Shown: piece after piece, positions 8,044-17,937 of the stretch
Layout: the number at the start of each line of letters is the position of its first letter
Position numbering within the stretch: the first letter of the stretch is position 1
Assembly (NCBI GenBank): GCA_964510885.1
Contig: CAZEDL010000001.1
Location: forward strand, 129,310 to 193,309
Direction: 5' to 3'
DNA length: 64,000 nucleotides
Source: an uncultured Gammaproteobacteria bacterium
GTDB taxonomy: Bacteria > Patescibacteriota > Patescibacteriia > Magasanikbacterales > GWA2-37-8
Program-made: the position numbers and the translations under genes
Notes under the pieces: generated by a model
What the model saw: only the letters and a program-made list of their open reading frames with translations
Databases searched by the model: none
What the model was told of the DNA's origin: nothing

Positions 8044-9342
8044 ATGTCCACTTCCGCCATCCGCTGCCCCCACTGCAAGAACGAAATCGAACTGACCGAA
8101 ACCCTCACCGGGCATATTAAAACCGAGTTGCAAGCCGAATTTGACACCAAGCAGCGCCTCCAGGCCGAACTGGTGGCCAAGAAAGAACAAGCCCTAAAAG
8201 ACGCCCTCGAAAAACTCGATCAGGAGAAAGCCAGTCTAAAAGAAGCGGTGGATGCCAAGGTCAAAACCGAAAAAGAAAAACTCTGGACCGTAGCCCAAGA
8301 AAAAGCCCAGGAAAAGTTTAGCCTCGAACTACAAGATTTAAAACTCCAGAAACAAGAACGCGATCGCCAGCTTGAAGAAGCGCGTAAAAACGAACTCGAG
8401 CTCCGCGCAGCGGCTAGAGAACTAGAGGAAAAAACTAAAAATCTGGATTTAGAATTAGAGCGCAAACTTGATGCTGAACGCAAAAAAGTTGAAGCAAAAT
8501 TGAAAGGTGAACAAACACAGCTTCTCGACGATAAACTCCGTACCATGCAAGAGGAATTCCGCCTGAAAGAGCTAGAAAAAGATAAGCAGATGGAAATTTT
8601 GAAAAAATCCCTTGACGAAGCCCAGCGTAAATCTGCCCAGGCCTCCATGCAAATTCAGGGTGAAGTGCAAGAAGCAGATCTGAAGCGGCTGCTCGAAACC
8701 AATTTCCCGCTAGATATTATCAGCGATGTACCAACTGGTATCAAAGGCGCAGATTTAGTGCAGACTGTAAAAACCCCTTTCGGGCAGGCGTGTGGTATAA
8801 TTCTCTGGGAATCAAAAAATACCAAGCAATGGAGTGCTGACTGGATAAAAAAAATGAAAGGGGATCAAGGCCTCGCTAATGCCGATGTGTGTATTATTGT
8901 GTCCAAAGTCTTACCCGATACCATCTCCACCTTCGGCTGTCTCGACGGTATTTGGGTGCTTGATGCCGCCTATGCCATACCAGTCACAGCAATGCTGCGC
9001 CAACATCTAATGGAATTAAGCCAAGCAAAAAATTCACTAGTCGGTCAGGAAACCAAAAAAGATTACTTATACGAATATATTTCGAGTCCTCAATTCAAGA
9101 ATCGCCTAGAAAATATTATCATGGGCTTTACCAGTCTAAAACAAGATCTCGAAACCGAAAAACGCTCTATGCAACGCATCTGGAGCAAACGGGAAAAAGA
9201 AATCGAACGGGTGATTATGAGTACCAGCGGGCTCTACGGCGATATGCAGGGCATCATCGGGGCCAGCTTACCAAGCGTACCAATCCTTGAGCTAGACGCA
9301 AGTGAACCAGAGCCTGAGGCGGCAAATCTTACTCTTATCTAA
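8044..9342 (+). CDS. DUF2130 family coiled-coil protein
   Basis: N-terminal CPHC, long coiled coil, SMQIQGEVQE, GAD..ILWESKNTK..WIKK motifs. Confidence 0.85.
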   Translation: MSTSAIRCPHCKNEIELTETLTGHIKTELQAEFDTKQRLQAELVAKKEQALKDALEKLDQEKASLKEAVDAKVKTEKEKLWTVAQEKAQEKFSLELQDLKLQKQERDRQLEEARKNELELRAAARELEEKTKNLDLELERKLDAERKKVEAKLKGEQTQLLDDKLRTMQEEFRLKELEKDKQMEILKKSLDEAQRKSAQASMQIQGEVQEADLKRLLETNFPLDIISDVPTGIKGADLVQTVKTPFGQACGIILWESKNTKQWSADWIKKMKGDQGLANADVCIIVSKVLPDTISTFGCLDGIWVLDAAYAIPVTAMLRQHLMELSQAKNSLVGQETKKDYLYEYISSPQFKNRLENIIMGFTSLKQDLETEKRSMQRIWSKREKEIERVIMSTSGLYGDMQGIIGASLPSVPILELDASEPEPEAANLTLI

Positions 9343-9358
9343 ATTAACTTTTTGTCAT

Positions 9359-10381
9359 ATGAAAGCGCTGATACTAACAGCACTGACTGCCCTTGGTTTG
9401 GTGACCACACCTGCCAAACCGGTGAAACCAATTACTGAACCGACTAAAACTACTTCACCGACCGCGACTGCCAAGTCAAAAATGCCTGTCAAATCACAGG
9501 TCACAAAAATAAAGCCTGCCACCAAGCCAACGACTGCCAAGAAAACCGTTCCTGGTGTCAAGAAAGCATCTGATTTAAAAGTGCCCGCCTCAAAAATTAT
9601 TGAGATTGCACTTCCACTCCCTAAAAAAAATAAAACCACACCCGCCAAGGACCGCGATATATCCAATCCCGAGCCTTTCACCATGAGTGAAAATGAAATC
9701 TCCAAAAGTCCGCTCACCGTGGCCGGGGTTTTAGCCTTTACTAACGCTGCAAGGCATGATAATGGCGATATTACTGCACTCAAAGGCAATGCTTTATTAA
9801 ATAAAGTAGCAGGCTTACGTCTCAAAGACATGTTTGACAAACAATATTTTGCCCATGTATCGCCAAGCGGTATCGGGCCGTCTGAAATTGCTGGCGATGT
9901 GGGATACGAATATCTAACTCTTGGTGAAAATATTGCCCGCGGCACTTTTGCTGATGATGCAGCTCTTGTAACTGCCTGGATGAACAGCCCGCATCACCGT
10001 GAAAATATCGTTAATCCCAAATATCAAGAACTAGGTATTGCTGTAGGAGAGGGGACATACGAAGGGCACAGCACGTGGCTAGCGGTGCAGGTATTTGGGA
10101 CAGCTGCCAGCGTCTGCCCCGAACCTGACGAAACGCTAAAAACCAGCATCAATGCTGCAAGTGGCGAAGTTAATACTCTAGCTGAATCAGCTGCTAAAAT
10201 TCAAAGTGAATTAGAAAAATTGAGCCCCAAAACATCTCTTGAAATTGAAAACTATAATGTTAAAATTAACGAATACAATGATCTAGCCCAAAAAATCACT
10301 GCTTTAAATGAATCCATAAAACTAAAAATAAAAACCTATAATGGACAGTCAAACAGTTATAATAAATGCATAAACGGTTAA
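9359..10381 (+). CDS. Secreted CAP (SCP/PR-1) domain protein with a C-terminal coiled coil
   Basis: Signal peptide, P/T/K-rich linker, YFAHVSP, GENIA, WMNSPHHRENI; start taken at ATG 9359. Confidence 0.88.
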   Translation: MKALILTALTALGLVTTPAKPVKPITEPTKTTSPTATAKSKMPVKSQVTKIKPATKPTTAKKTVPGVKKASDLKVPASKIIEIALPLPKKNKTTPAKDRDISNPEPFTMSENEISKSPLTVAGVLAFTNAARHDNGDITALKGNALLNKVAGLRLKDMFDKQYFAHVSPSGIGPSEIAGDVGYEYLTLGENIARGTFADDAALVTAWMNSPHHRENIVNPKYQELGIAVGEGTYEGHSTWLAVQVFGTAASVCPEPDETLKTSINAASGEVNTLAESAAKIQSELEKLSPKTSLEIENYNVKINEYNDLAQKITALNESIKLKIKTYNGQSNSYNKCING

Positions 10382-10394
10382 ATCTGACTCACCT

Positions 10395-11912
10395 ATGAAA
10401 TATATTGATGGTTTGTTGAACAAGATAACAATGTATCGACTGGTATTATATTGTTTAATCGGCTTGTCAATTATCGCCATCATCTTCGGCTTTGTCGGCA
10501 TCATTTCCTACCGCGGAAGTGAATTGTCGATCTCACTGATTTTACTTCTTGCTATCTGCTCGGCTGTAAATTATGCTTTCGCCAAACTGTATAAGGCACC
10601 AGTAAATATCGAGTCAACTTTTATCACGGCGTACATCTTGTTTTTGATCATGTTTCCAGCTGGCAGTGTGCAGGGAGCTCTATACCTTGCTCTGACTGGT
10701 TTTATTGCGGTGGCATCGAAATATGTCATTGCTCTGAATCATAAACATCTTTTCAACCCAGCTGCTTTTGCGCCCGCGCTGCTAGGGTTTACACCTATCG
10801 GTGGCGCAGCTTGGTGGGTTGGCTCTATGTATCTTTTGCCGCTAACGCTCATTGCCGGCTTGCTAATCGTGCGCAAAATTCGCCGCGAAGTCTTATTTTT
10901 TAGCTGTGTAGTGGCCAGCATAATCACCGTCATAGTTCTCGGTGTAGTGCACGACTCTAATTTACTCGACATCATTAAGCAACACTTCTTATCCTGGCCG
11001 ATAATCTTTTTTGCCGCGGTCATGGTCACCGAGCCGCTCACGACGCCCCCTACCAAACGTTTACAAATCATCTACGGCGCACTCGTTGGCACCATCTCGA
11101 GCTGGCCCTTCCATATCGGCACTATTTTTTCTACCCCCGAACTTACTCTAGTAATGGCCAACTTATTTTCATACAGCGTAAGTTTACGACGACGCCTTAC
11201 GCTGGTGCTTAAAAGCAAACAAGAAATTGCTACGGGCACGTACGAGTTTATCTTTGATCCAGGTTGCACCGTAGCATTTAAAGCTGGTCAGTATCTTGAG
11301 TGGACACTACCGCATGCCAAACCAGACGATCGCGGCAATCGGCGCTATTTCACCGTTGCCTCATCTCCGACAGAGCGGAATCTGCACCTTGGCGTGCGCT
11401 ATGGCGACACGTGCAGCTCCTTCAAACGGGCATTAATGAACCTGGAGCCAGGTGGACACCTCACCGCCGGTCAGTTGGCTGGTGACTTTACCCTTCCCGC
11501 CGACACCACACTACCACTAGTTTTTATTGCTGGTGGTATCGGTATCACCCCATTTCGCAGCATGATCAAGTATCTGCTCGATAAAAAAGAATCGCGCGAT
11601 ATAATTCTTTTCTACACCAACCGGACAGCCGCTGATATCGCCTATAATGACCTTTTCGCCGAGGGAGCTAGGGTATTAAAATTAAAAACTGTCTATATTT
11701 TGACCGAACGCGGAGCCGTACCGGGAGATTGGTCTGGCGAGACCGGTTTTATTACCGCCGATATGATAAAAAAGCATGTCCCAAATTTTTCTAGTCGCCA
11801 ATTTTATCTCTCCGGGCCAAATGGCATGGTTGACTCCTACGCCCAGCTACTCAAAACCATGGGAGTAAATCGCCGACAGATACACAGTGATTACTTCCCG
11901 GGCTTTGCTTGA
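10395..11912 (+). CDS. RnfD/NqrB-like membrane domain fused to a ferredoxin-NAD(P) reductase-type FAD/NAD-binding domain
   Basis: Multi-TM N-terminus with KHLFNPAAF and MVTEPLTTP; C-terminus with RYFTVASSP, IAGGIGITPF, YLSGP. Confidence 0.88.
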   Translation: MKYIDGLLNKITMYRLVLYCLIGLSIIAIIFGFVGIISYRGSELSISLILLLAICSAVNYAFAKLYKAPVNIESTFITAYILFLIMFPAGSVQGALYLALTGFIAVASKYVIALNHKHLFNPAAFAPALLGFTPIGGAAWWVGSMYLLPLTLIAGLLIVRKIRREVLFFSCVVASIITVIVLGVVHDSNLLDIIKQHFLSWPIIFFAAVMVTEPLTTPPTKRLQIIYGALVGTISSWPFHIGTIFSTPELTLVMANLFSYSVSLRRRLTLVLKSKQEIATGTYEFIFDPGCTVAFKAGQYLEWTLPHAKPDDRGNRRYFTVASSPTERNLHLGVRYGDTCSSFKRALMNLEPGGHLTAGQLAGDFTLPADTTLPLVFIAGGIGITPFRSMIKYLLDKKESRDIILFYTNRTAADIAYNDLFAEGARVLKLKTVYILTERGAVPGDWSGETGFITADMIKKHVPNFSSRQFYLSGPNGMVDSYAQLLKTMGVNRRQIHSDYFPGFA

Positions 11913-11913
11913 T

Positions 11914-12789
11914 ATGGCCCCCCTTATTTTTTCGTATCAAGCACTCGGCACAGAGTGGCGCATCACCGTTTGGCATGAATTAGAACCCGCTGCCTGGACA
12001 AAGCTTCAAGAACAAATTCTGGCCGTATCGACTAAATTTGATCACACCTACTCACGGTTTATTAAAACTTCGTTTGTGTGGTCAGTTGCCAAGCAGCAGG
12101 GGGCAATTGCCGTGCCAGCAGATTTCATGGCCATGCTACGCTGGTATTTTGACCTTTACCGGCCATCCCACCAAAAATTCTCCCCTCTGATCGGGTTTAC
12201 CCTTAGCGATCTTGGTTACGATGCCGATTATTCGCTCACCGAAAAACCATCTATTCGGCCAACACCGGATCTTGAAAAAACCGTAAAAATTATTGACGAT
12301 TCACATATTCAACTGGCAGAACCGGTGTTGTTTGATTTTGGAGCCCTTGGAAAAGGATACCTAGTAGACAAAATAGCCAGACTTCTAAAAGCCAACGCAC
12401 TTGAGTATTTTTTAGTAGACGGGAGCGGTGATATCAACTACCAAGGCCACCCAGATTTCCCGCTGCGCGTCGGACTCGAAGATCCTGGCGATCCCACCAA
12501 AGTGATCGGGGTACTCGAGCTAAAATCAGGGGCTTTATGCGGTTCAGGAACTAACCGCCGCAAATGGGGGAATCATCATCATATCATCGACCCAAGCACC
12601 GGCCGATCCACCGAGGGAATTGTGGCGGCGTGGATTCTATCTGAATCAGCCACCTTGTCTGACGCCTTGGCCACCACTTTATTTTTGGCTGAACCAGAAC
12701 GGTTCTCACATTTAAATTTTGAATACTGTCTACTTAACAAAGACTATAAAATAAAACGCTCCGCCGGTTTTACGGCAGAGCTATTTTAA
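11914..12789 (+). CDS. apbE: FAD:protein FMN transferase (ApbE family)
   Basis: ALGT, DFGALGKGY, DGSGDI, HHIIDPSTG, SDALATTLF. Confidence 0.92.
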   Translation: MAPLIFSYQALGTEWRITVWHELEPAAWTKLQEQILAVSTKFDHTYSRFIKTSFVWSVAKQQGAIAVPADFMAMLRWYFDLYRPSHQKFSPLIGFTLSDLGYDADYSLTEKPSIRPTPDLEKTVKIIDDSHIQLAEPVLFDFGALGKGYLVDKIARLLKANALEYFLVDGSGDINYQGHPDFPLRVGLEDPGDPTKVIGVLELKSGALCGSGTNRRKWGNHHHIIDPSTGRSTEGIVAAWILSESATLSDALATTLFLAEPERFSHLNFEYCLLNKDYKIKRSAGFTAELF

Positions 12790-12808
12790 GAAGTTATTTT
12801 TTCAGTGA

Positions 12809-13378
12809 TTAGGCGGCGGCTTGTGCTTTGATCTTTACCAAGGCATCCATGAAGCCTTTTGATACCAGCGAAGCTCCATTTACCACACTGAGTGACACAC
12901 TGTCAATCGGCTTGCCAACCACTTGCTCTTTAAAGCCTTCGTTAAAACGATCCTGCATTTTTTGACTGATTGGGTTCTGAGAACTACCGCTAAAAGTAGC
13001 GTCAATAATTTCGCCCGCCTTAACAGTTAATCCGATCATGATTTTTTCCTGACCAGCCGGAGAGACATATACTCCTTCAGCAGAATAAGTGCCGTCAGCA
13101 TACGTTTTCTCTTCTTTAGCTGGGGGCGGAGTTGTTGGCTGGGTAGAAGGGAGACTCGTGCTGTTGTCAGGGGTAGTCGCAACCGGTTCGTTGGTCGGTG
13201 TTTCAGAGCCAGTCGGAACCGTAACATCGATTGCAGGTGCCGCAGGCTGTGCACCACGTTTGGTAAAGAGTCCGATCGCACCGGCAACTACAGCCACCGC
13301 GAGTACTGCACCGACAATTTTTGGAGTATTAGACCCTCCTGCTTTAAACGGAGAATTTGATTGCATCTCTGGGCTCAT
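12809..13378 (-). CDS. Membrane-anchored FMN-binding (flavinylated) protein
   Basis: TM anchor, P/T-rich linker, YADGTY...VNGASLVSKGF..AL matching the FMN_bind [S/T]GA[S/T]-like site; adjacent to apbE. Confidence 0.85.
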   Translation of the reverse strand: MSPEMQSNSPFKAGGSNTPKIVGAVLAVAVVAGAIGLFTKRGAQPAAPAIDVTVPTGSETPTNEPVATTPDNSTSLPSTQPTTPPPAKEEKTYADGTYSAEGVYVSPAGQEKIMIGLTVKAGEIIDATFSGSSQNPISQKMQDRFNEGFKEQVVGKPIDSVSLSVVNGASLVSKGFMDALVKIKAQAAA

Positions 13379-13606
13379 ATCAAAAAGATAGATAATAATA
13401 AATTAATTTTATAAGTGTATCATGTATAGGTGGCGTTTTCAAGTATTTTTCCGCTTATACCTAATACACTCACGCCAAAAAATTTATTTCATTTGGTTAC
13501 CACCGCTTAGGAATGATGAAGCCAAAATCTGAGATGATTACTCACGAAGCTAGTTAATGATTAACATGGCCAAATAATGCGCAAGCATGCTATAGTAATT
13601 CCTCCT

Positions 13607-14308
13607 ATGAATAATTGTAAATTCGTAAATAATGGCCAGTCGTTTGACGTTACTATTCGCGACGATGTAGATGAAAGTGTCATGGCTGAAATACTTACCT
13701 GGCACGAATACCGGTCGGCAGATTCGGTCATTCGTTCAGCACCACACCCAATCATTGATCTCGGAGCACACGCCGGATTTTTTACCCTCTACTGCCGTAC
13801 CCTTAACCAAACTGTCCCGATTATTGCAATCGAGCCTGCCCCGTCCAACCTTAAAGCGTTGCACGCACACCTATCTGCCAATAAAATAATAGGCGTAACG
13901 GTTGTCAAAGCGGCGGTGGGGAGCGTGACTAGGCGCGGTACACTCATGCTTACGAGCGATAGTCATAACCATTATTTATCTGATAAAAAAAGAAATAAAA
14001 CTGAACAAGAAATACCGGTTCAGATTTTTTCCTTATCTGATCTGCGGCGAACGTATAACTTAAACCACGTGTCACTGCTTAAAATGGATATCGAAGGTGG
14101 TGAAAAGGCCATTTTTACTTCTTTAGAAACCGACACACTCACTGGTATCGAAGCCATCATCCTCGAATATCACGATACCGAAGAAAAATTATCCCGTCGC
14201 ATCGAACAAATTCTGCGCGAACACGGTTTCAGTGTCGCCACCCATCCGTCGCGATTTGACCGCACCTTTGGCTTTCTATTTGCCCGTAATAAACGGCTAC
14301 TATCTTAA
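13607..14308 (+). CDS. FkbM family methyltransferase
   Basis: IIDLGAHAGFF, IEP, LLKMDIEGGE. Confidence 0.9.
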   Translation: MNNCKFVNNGQSFDVTIRDDVDESVMAEILTWHEYRSADSVIRSAPHPIIDLGAHAGFFTLYCRTLNQTVPIIAIEPAPSNLKALHAHLSANKIIGVTVVKAAVGSVTRRGTLMLTSDSHNHYLSDKKRNKTEQEIPVQIFSLSDLRRTYNLNHVSLLKMDIEGGEKAIFTSLETDTLTGIEAIILEYHDTEEKLSRRIEQILREHGFSVATHPSRFDRTFGFLFARNKRLLS

Positions 14309-14316
14309 AAAGGTCT

Positions 14317-15548
14317 ATGCCGCAAAAAACTTGGCTAGTGGCAGTCGATATGGGCTATGGCCATCAGCGCGCCCTATTTCCACTCCGTGATCTGTCTCCG
14401 ACCGGGAAACTTTTGATAGCCAATAACTACGACGGTATATCGGCAGCAGAAAAGAATCTATGGGATGAGGGCCGCGCTATCTACGAACGAATTTCACGCT
14501 TGAATAATGTACCCCTCATTGGACCAACTCTCTTCGGCCTGTTTGATCGATTTCAAGCCGTGCCAACAAGCCCGCCGCGGGGAATTAACGATCACCCGAC
14601 TCTGCAAGTTCGGCAAAATTATTATCTTATCAAACGCGGGTGGGGGAGAGAATTAATTACTATCTTGAATACAAAATCAATTCCGCTTATAACCAGTTTC
14701 TTCACCGTCGCGTTCATGGCTGAAGAACATGGTTTCAACGGCGAGATCTTCCTCTTAATTTGCGACACAGACATCAGCCGCGCCTGGGCTCCACTAGTGC
14801 CCGCAAAGAGCCGAATTAAATACCTGGCGTCGACAGAGCAAGCAGCCGCTCGCCTAGCTTCATACGGAGTTCCGAAGCATAATATTTTTTTAACCGGCTT
14901 CCCGCTACCCACAGAAAATAGTGAAAAAATTAGCGGGGTACAAAAAATATATGAGGCTCGTTTAAAACGCTTAAAACTATTTGAAAAACAGGGCTTTACC
15001 TCCAAAAATCCACTAACACTTATGTTTGCCATTGGCGGCGCAGGCGCCCAACAATGGATTGCTGGTGACCTAATCAATAATCTAAAGACCCTAATTCGTG
15101 AACAAGAAATTAACCTTCATCTGGTGGCCGGACAAGGCCAGATGCTTATCAATATCTCGAATCGCATCTTAGAGAGGCTAAACTTTATGACCAGATAGGT
15201 AAAACAATTCATATTATCTACAAAGCGGACAAAGACAGCTATTTTAAAGAATTCAACGCGGCTCTCCCAAGCACAGACATACTCTGGACCAAGCCAAGCG
15301 AATTAGTATTCTATGCTGGTCTTGGCCTACCTATTATTATCGCGCCGCCAATCGGCTCCCAGGAAAAAGCCAACGAAGCCTGGCTAACCAGAGCCGGAGC
15401 TGGCCGCAAAGAAGATGCCCCAGATATGTGTGTAGACTGGCTCGACTTGTGGCGGCGGGACGCGGCCTTCTCCACAGCAGCTACCGCTGGCTACGGGCTG
15501 TCTGATCACAAAGCCACTGCCACCATTAAAACGGTTGTTTTTGGCTAA
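14317..15548 (+). pseudogene. GT-B fold glycosyltransferase-like protein (UgtP/MGDG-synthase-like), interrupted by two -1 frameshifts
   Basis: N-terminal VDMGYGHQRA and GFP, GGAG motifs. After a shift at ~15131 it reads TRPDAY...ILWTKPSELVFYAGLGLPIIIAPPIGSQE; after a second shift at ~15420 it reads DWLDLWRRD...TVVFG*. Confidence 0.7.
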
Positions 15549-15636
15549 AATCATCGTAAAAGCCAGTGTAATACAACCTAGATAGTCGCTTGCCAAGCCT
15601 TGGTTTTTTTATTACACTACTAGTCTAATTAGCGCT

Positions 15637-16041
15637 ATGAACCTCAAACGATACCTAACGTTTATGTCGATCGGCACAGTGTTGTGCTGGATCGCCTGGG
15701 GCTCAATCGTCTATAGCCTTGATCCCACCGCCGGCGGAGCCTTTGCTATTATCTTTTTTTATAGCAGCTTATTTTTAGCTGTTCTCGGCACCGTATCGGT
15801 GGCCGGATTTTTTGGGCGCTGGCTGCTTATCAAACATGATGAAGTAGTCTTTCGCCATGTCCGTCGCACGTTTCGGCAAGCAATTATTGCTGCCACCTTG
15901 GTTGACCTTACGTTGATATTGCTTCATGCTGGGTTACTGCGCTGGTGGAATAGCTTACTATTAATTTTGCTTGGATTCCTAGTAGAAGCGGTATTCTTCA
16001 CGAATCGTAAATATCGTAATCATGATTATGTGGCGCCCTAA
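15637..16041 (+). CDS. Four-TM hypothetical membrane protein
   Basis: Hydrophobic 134 aa ORF overlapping the mreB start. Confidence 0.8.
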   Translation: MNLKRYLTFMSIGTVLCWIAWGSIVYSLDPTAGGAFAIIFFYSSLFLAVLGTVSVAGFFGRWLLIKHDEVVFRHVRRTFRQAIIAATLVDLTLILLHAGLLRWWNSLLLILLGFLVEAVFFTNRKYRNHDYVAP

Positions 16042-17077
16042 TGTTTTTCAAAAATTTAGCAAAGAGATCGGCATTGATCTTGGCACGGCCAACACGCTAG
16101 TGTATGTCAAAGGCCGCGGTATTATCATTAACGAACCTAGCATTGTCGCCATCAACACTCGCACCGAACAAATTCTGGCCGTCGGCAGCGAAGCCAAAGA
16201 AATGCTTGGCAAAACACCACCTCACATTGTCACCACCCGTCCACTCACGAATGGTATCATTTCTGATTTTGAGGTCGCCGAAAAAATGCTGCGCTATTTT
16301 ATTGATAAAGTGTACGAAGATAGTGGGCTTAGTTTTTTCACCCGCCCCACCGTAGTGGTAGGGGCCCCGGTTGATATTACTGAGGTAGAACGTAAAGCCA
16401 TCGGCGACGCCGTACTGAACGCCGGTGCTCGCTCAGTTTATATCGTAGAAGAACCAATGGCCGCGGCCATCGGGTCGCGCATGCCAGCTCGTGAACCGGT
16501 CGGCAATCTAATTGTAGAAATTGGCGGTGGCACCTGCGAGATAGCCGTTATTTCACTCAGCGGTATTGCTGCCAAAAAATCAATTAAAATTGCTGGAGAT
16601 GAATTAAACCGAAACATTATCCAGTATGCACGTGACGTCTTCAAGCTCCTGCTCGGAGAACGTCAAGCCGAAGAAATAAAAATAAAAGTTGGCTCTGCTA
16701 TCGAGCTACCAGAACCCCTCGAATTCCCCATGCGCGGCCGTGATCTTGTCACGGGTTTGCCGCGTGAGGTGATGATCAATGACGCTGAAGTGCGCGAATC
16801 AATGATCAAATCTCTGCGCACTATCGTCGATAATATAAAACTTACTATCGAAACTACTCCACCTGAATTGGTAGCCGATATTCACGAACGAGGAATCTTA
16901 TTATCTGGCGGCGGCTCGCTCCTGCGCGGTCTGGATCAGCTTATTTCTAAAGCGGTCGAAATCCCAGTTCGCATTGCCGATGACCCGCTAACATCGGTTG
17001 TTCGAGGTGCAGGGGCACTCCTCGATGACCGTGAACTTCTTGATGAAGTAGCTGTTTGGCCGACCAAACAAAAATAG
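16028..17077 (+). CDS. mreB: Rod shape-determining protein MreB
   Basis: GIDLGTANT, EEPMAAAIG, EIGGGT, GGGSLL. Confidence 0.96.
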   Translation: MWRPNVFQKFSKEIGIDLGTANTLVYVKGRGIIINEPSIVAINTRTEQILAVGSEAKEMLGKTPPHIVTTRPLTNGIISDFEVAEKMLRYFIDKVYEDSGLSFFTRPTVVVGAPVDITEVERKAIGDAVLNAGARSVYIVEEPMAAAIGSRMPAREPVGNLIVEIGGGTCEIAVISLSGIAAKKSIKIAGDELNRNIIQYARDVFKLLLGERQAEEIKIKVGSAIELPEPLEFPMRGRDLVTGLPREVMINDAEVRESMIKSLRTIVDNIKLTIETTPPELVADIHERGILLSGGGSLLRGLDQLISKAVEIPVRIADDPLTSVVRGAGALLDDRELLDEVAVWPTKQK

Positions 17078-17098
17078 TCTGATTTTCGCTGTTATCTC

Positions 17099-17902
17099 AT
17101 GCGGACTCTTGCTTCCAAAACAATTTACCTGGCAGCCATGGGAATCGTAACGTTACTGATGCTATTCCATTTCTTAGGCTGGCTCCGTTCCGTAGAAAAT
17201 TGGTTTAGAAATTTGTTGACCCCATTTTTTTCTGGCACCCACAGCTTCAGCATCAAAGTAGGGGACAGTTACGAATTTTTTTCAAATCGACAGAGTGTTA
17301 TTAGCGCGTATCAAGCATGCCGAGATACCTCGGCAAAAAATCAAGTTGATATGGCGACAATTGCTGTTTTGACCGAAGAAAATCAAGAGTTGAAAAAAAT
17401 ATTAGCCTTTAAAGAAAACTCCAGTCGACAATTAGTAGTGGCCAATGTGGTCGGCAACGACCTTAATGATGTAGAAAAAACAATTATTTTAAATCGTGGT
17501 CAGGCCGACGGACTAAAACTCAATCAACCCGTAATTGCAGAGAGCGGGGTGCTAATCGGCAAACTAATCGCCGTCGAAGACCAGCAGGCCATGGCCCGTT
17601 TACTGCCGGATAATCGGAGTAAAATTATTGCCGCCCTGCTGAACCAAGAACGCAGCACCGGTGTAGTTGAAGGCGGGTACGGCCTTAGCTTGCGTCTCAA
17701 GTTTATCCCTCGCAATGAAATCGTGACCGTCGGCCAGCAAGTTATCACTTCTGGTCTTGAAAATGGTATTCCAAGGGGACTATTAATCGGCACTGTGGCA
17801 GTGGTAGAAAACGAAGCCTACCAACCATTTCAACAAGCCTTGATAACTCCAATAGTAGATTACTCTAAACTCACCGTTGTCAGCGTGATTACCAACCAGT
17901 AA
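17099..17902 (+). CDS. mreC: Rod shape-determining protein MreC
   Basis: TM helix, coiled coil (EENQELKKIL), ILNRG..DG, VITSGL..PRGLLIG. Confidence 0.92.
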   Translation: MRTLASKTIYLAAMGIVTLLMLFHFLGWLRSVENWFRNLLTPFFSGTHSFSIKVGDSYEFFSNRQSVISAYQACRDTSAKNQVDMATIAVLTEENQELKKILAFKENSSRQLVVANVVGNDLNDVEKTIILNRGQADGLKLNQPVIAESGVLIGKLIAVEDQQAMARLLPDNRSKIIAALLNQERSTGVVEGGYGLSLRLKFIPRNEIVTVGQQVITSGLENGIPRGLLIGTVAVVENEAYQPFQQALITPIVDYSKLTVVSVITNQ

Positions 17903-17937
17903 TTGGCCTCACTTGTTACCTGCAGTTACCACCGTCG

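Noticed and set aside
7908-8190. Short ORFs 7908..8120 (+) and 7975..8190 (-)
   Set aside because: They overlap tRNA-Gln, its terminator and the DUF2130 gene.
13513-13560. ATGATGA...CTGA resembling a box C/D sRNA or hammerhead core
   Set aside because: No terminal box D or supporting stems; such short motifs are expected by chance in AT-rich DNA.
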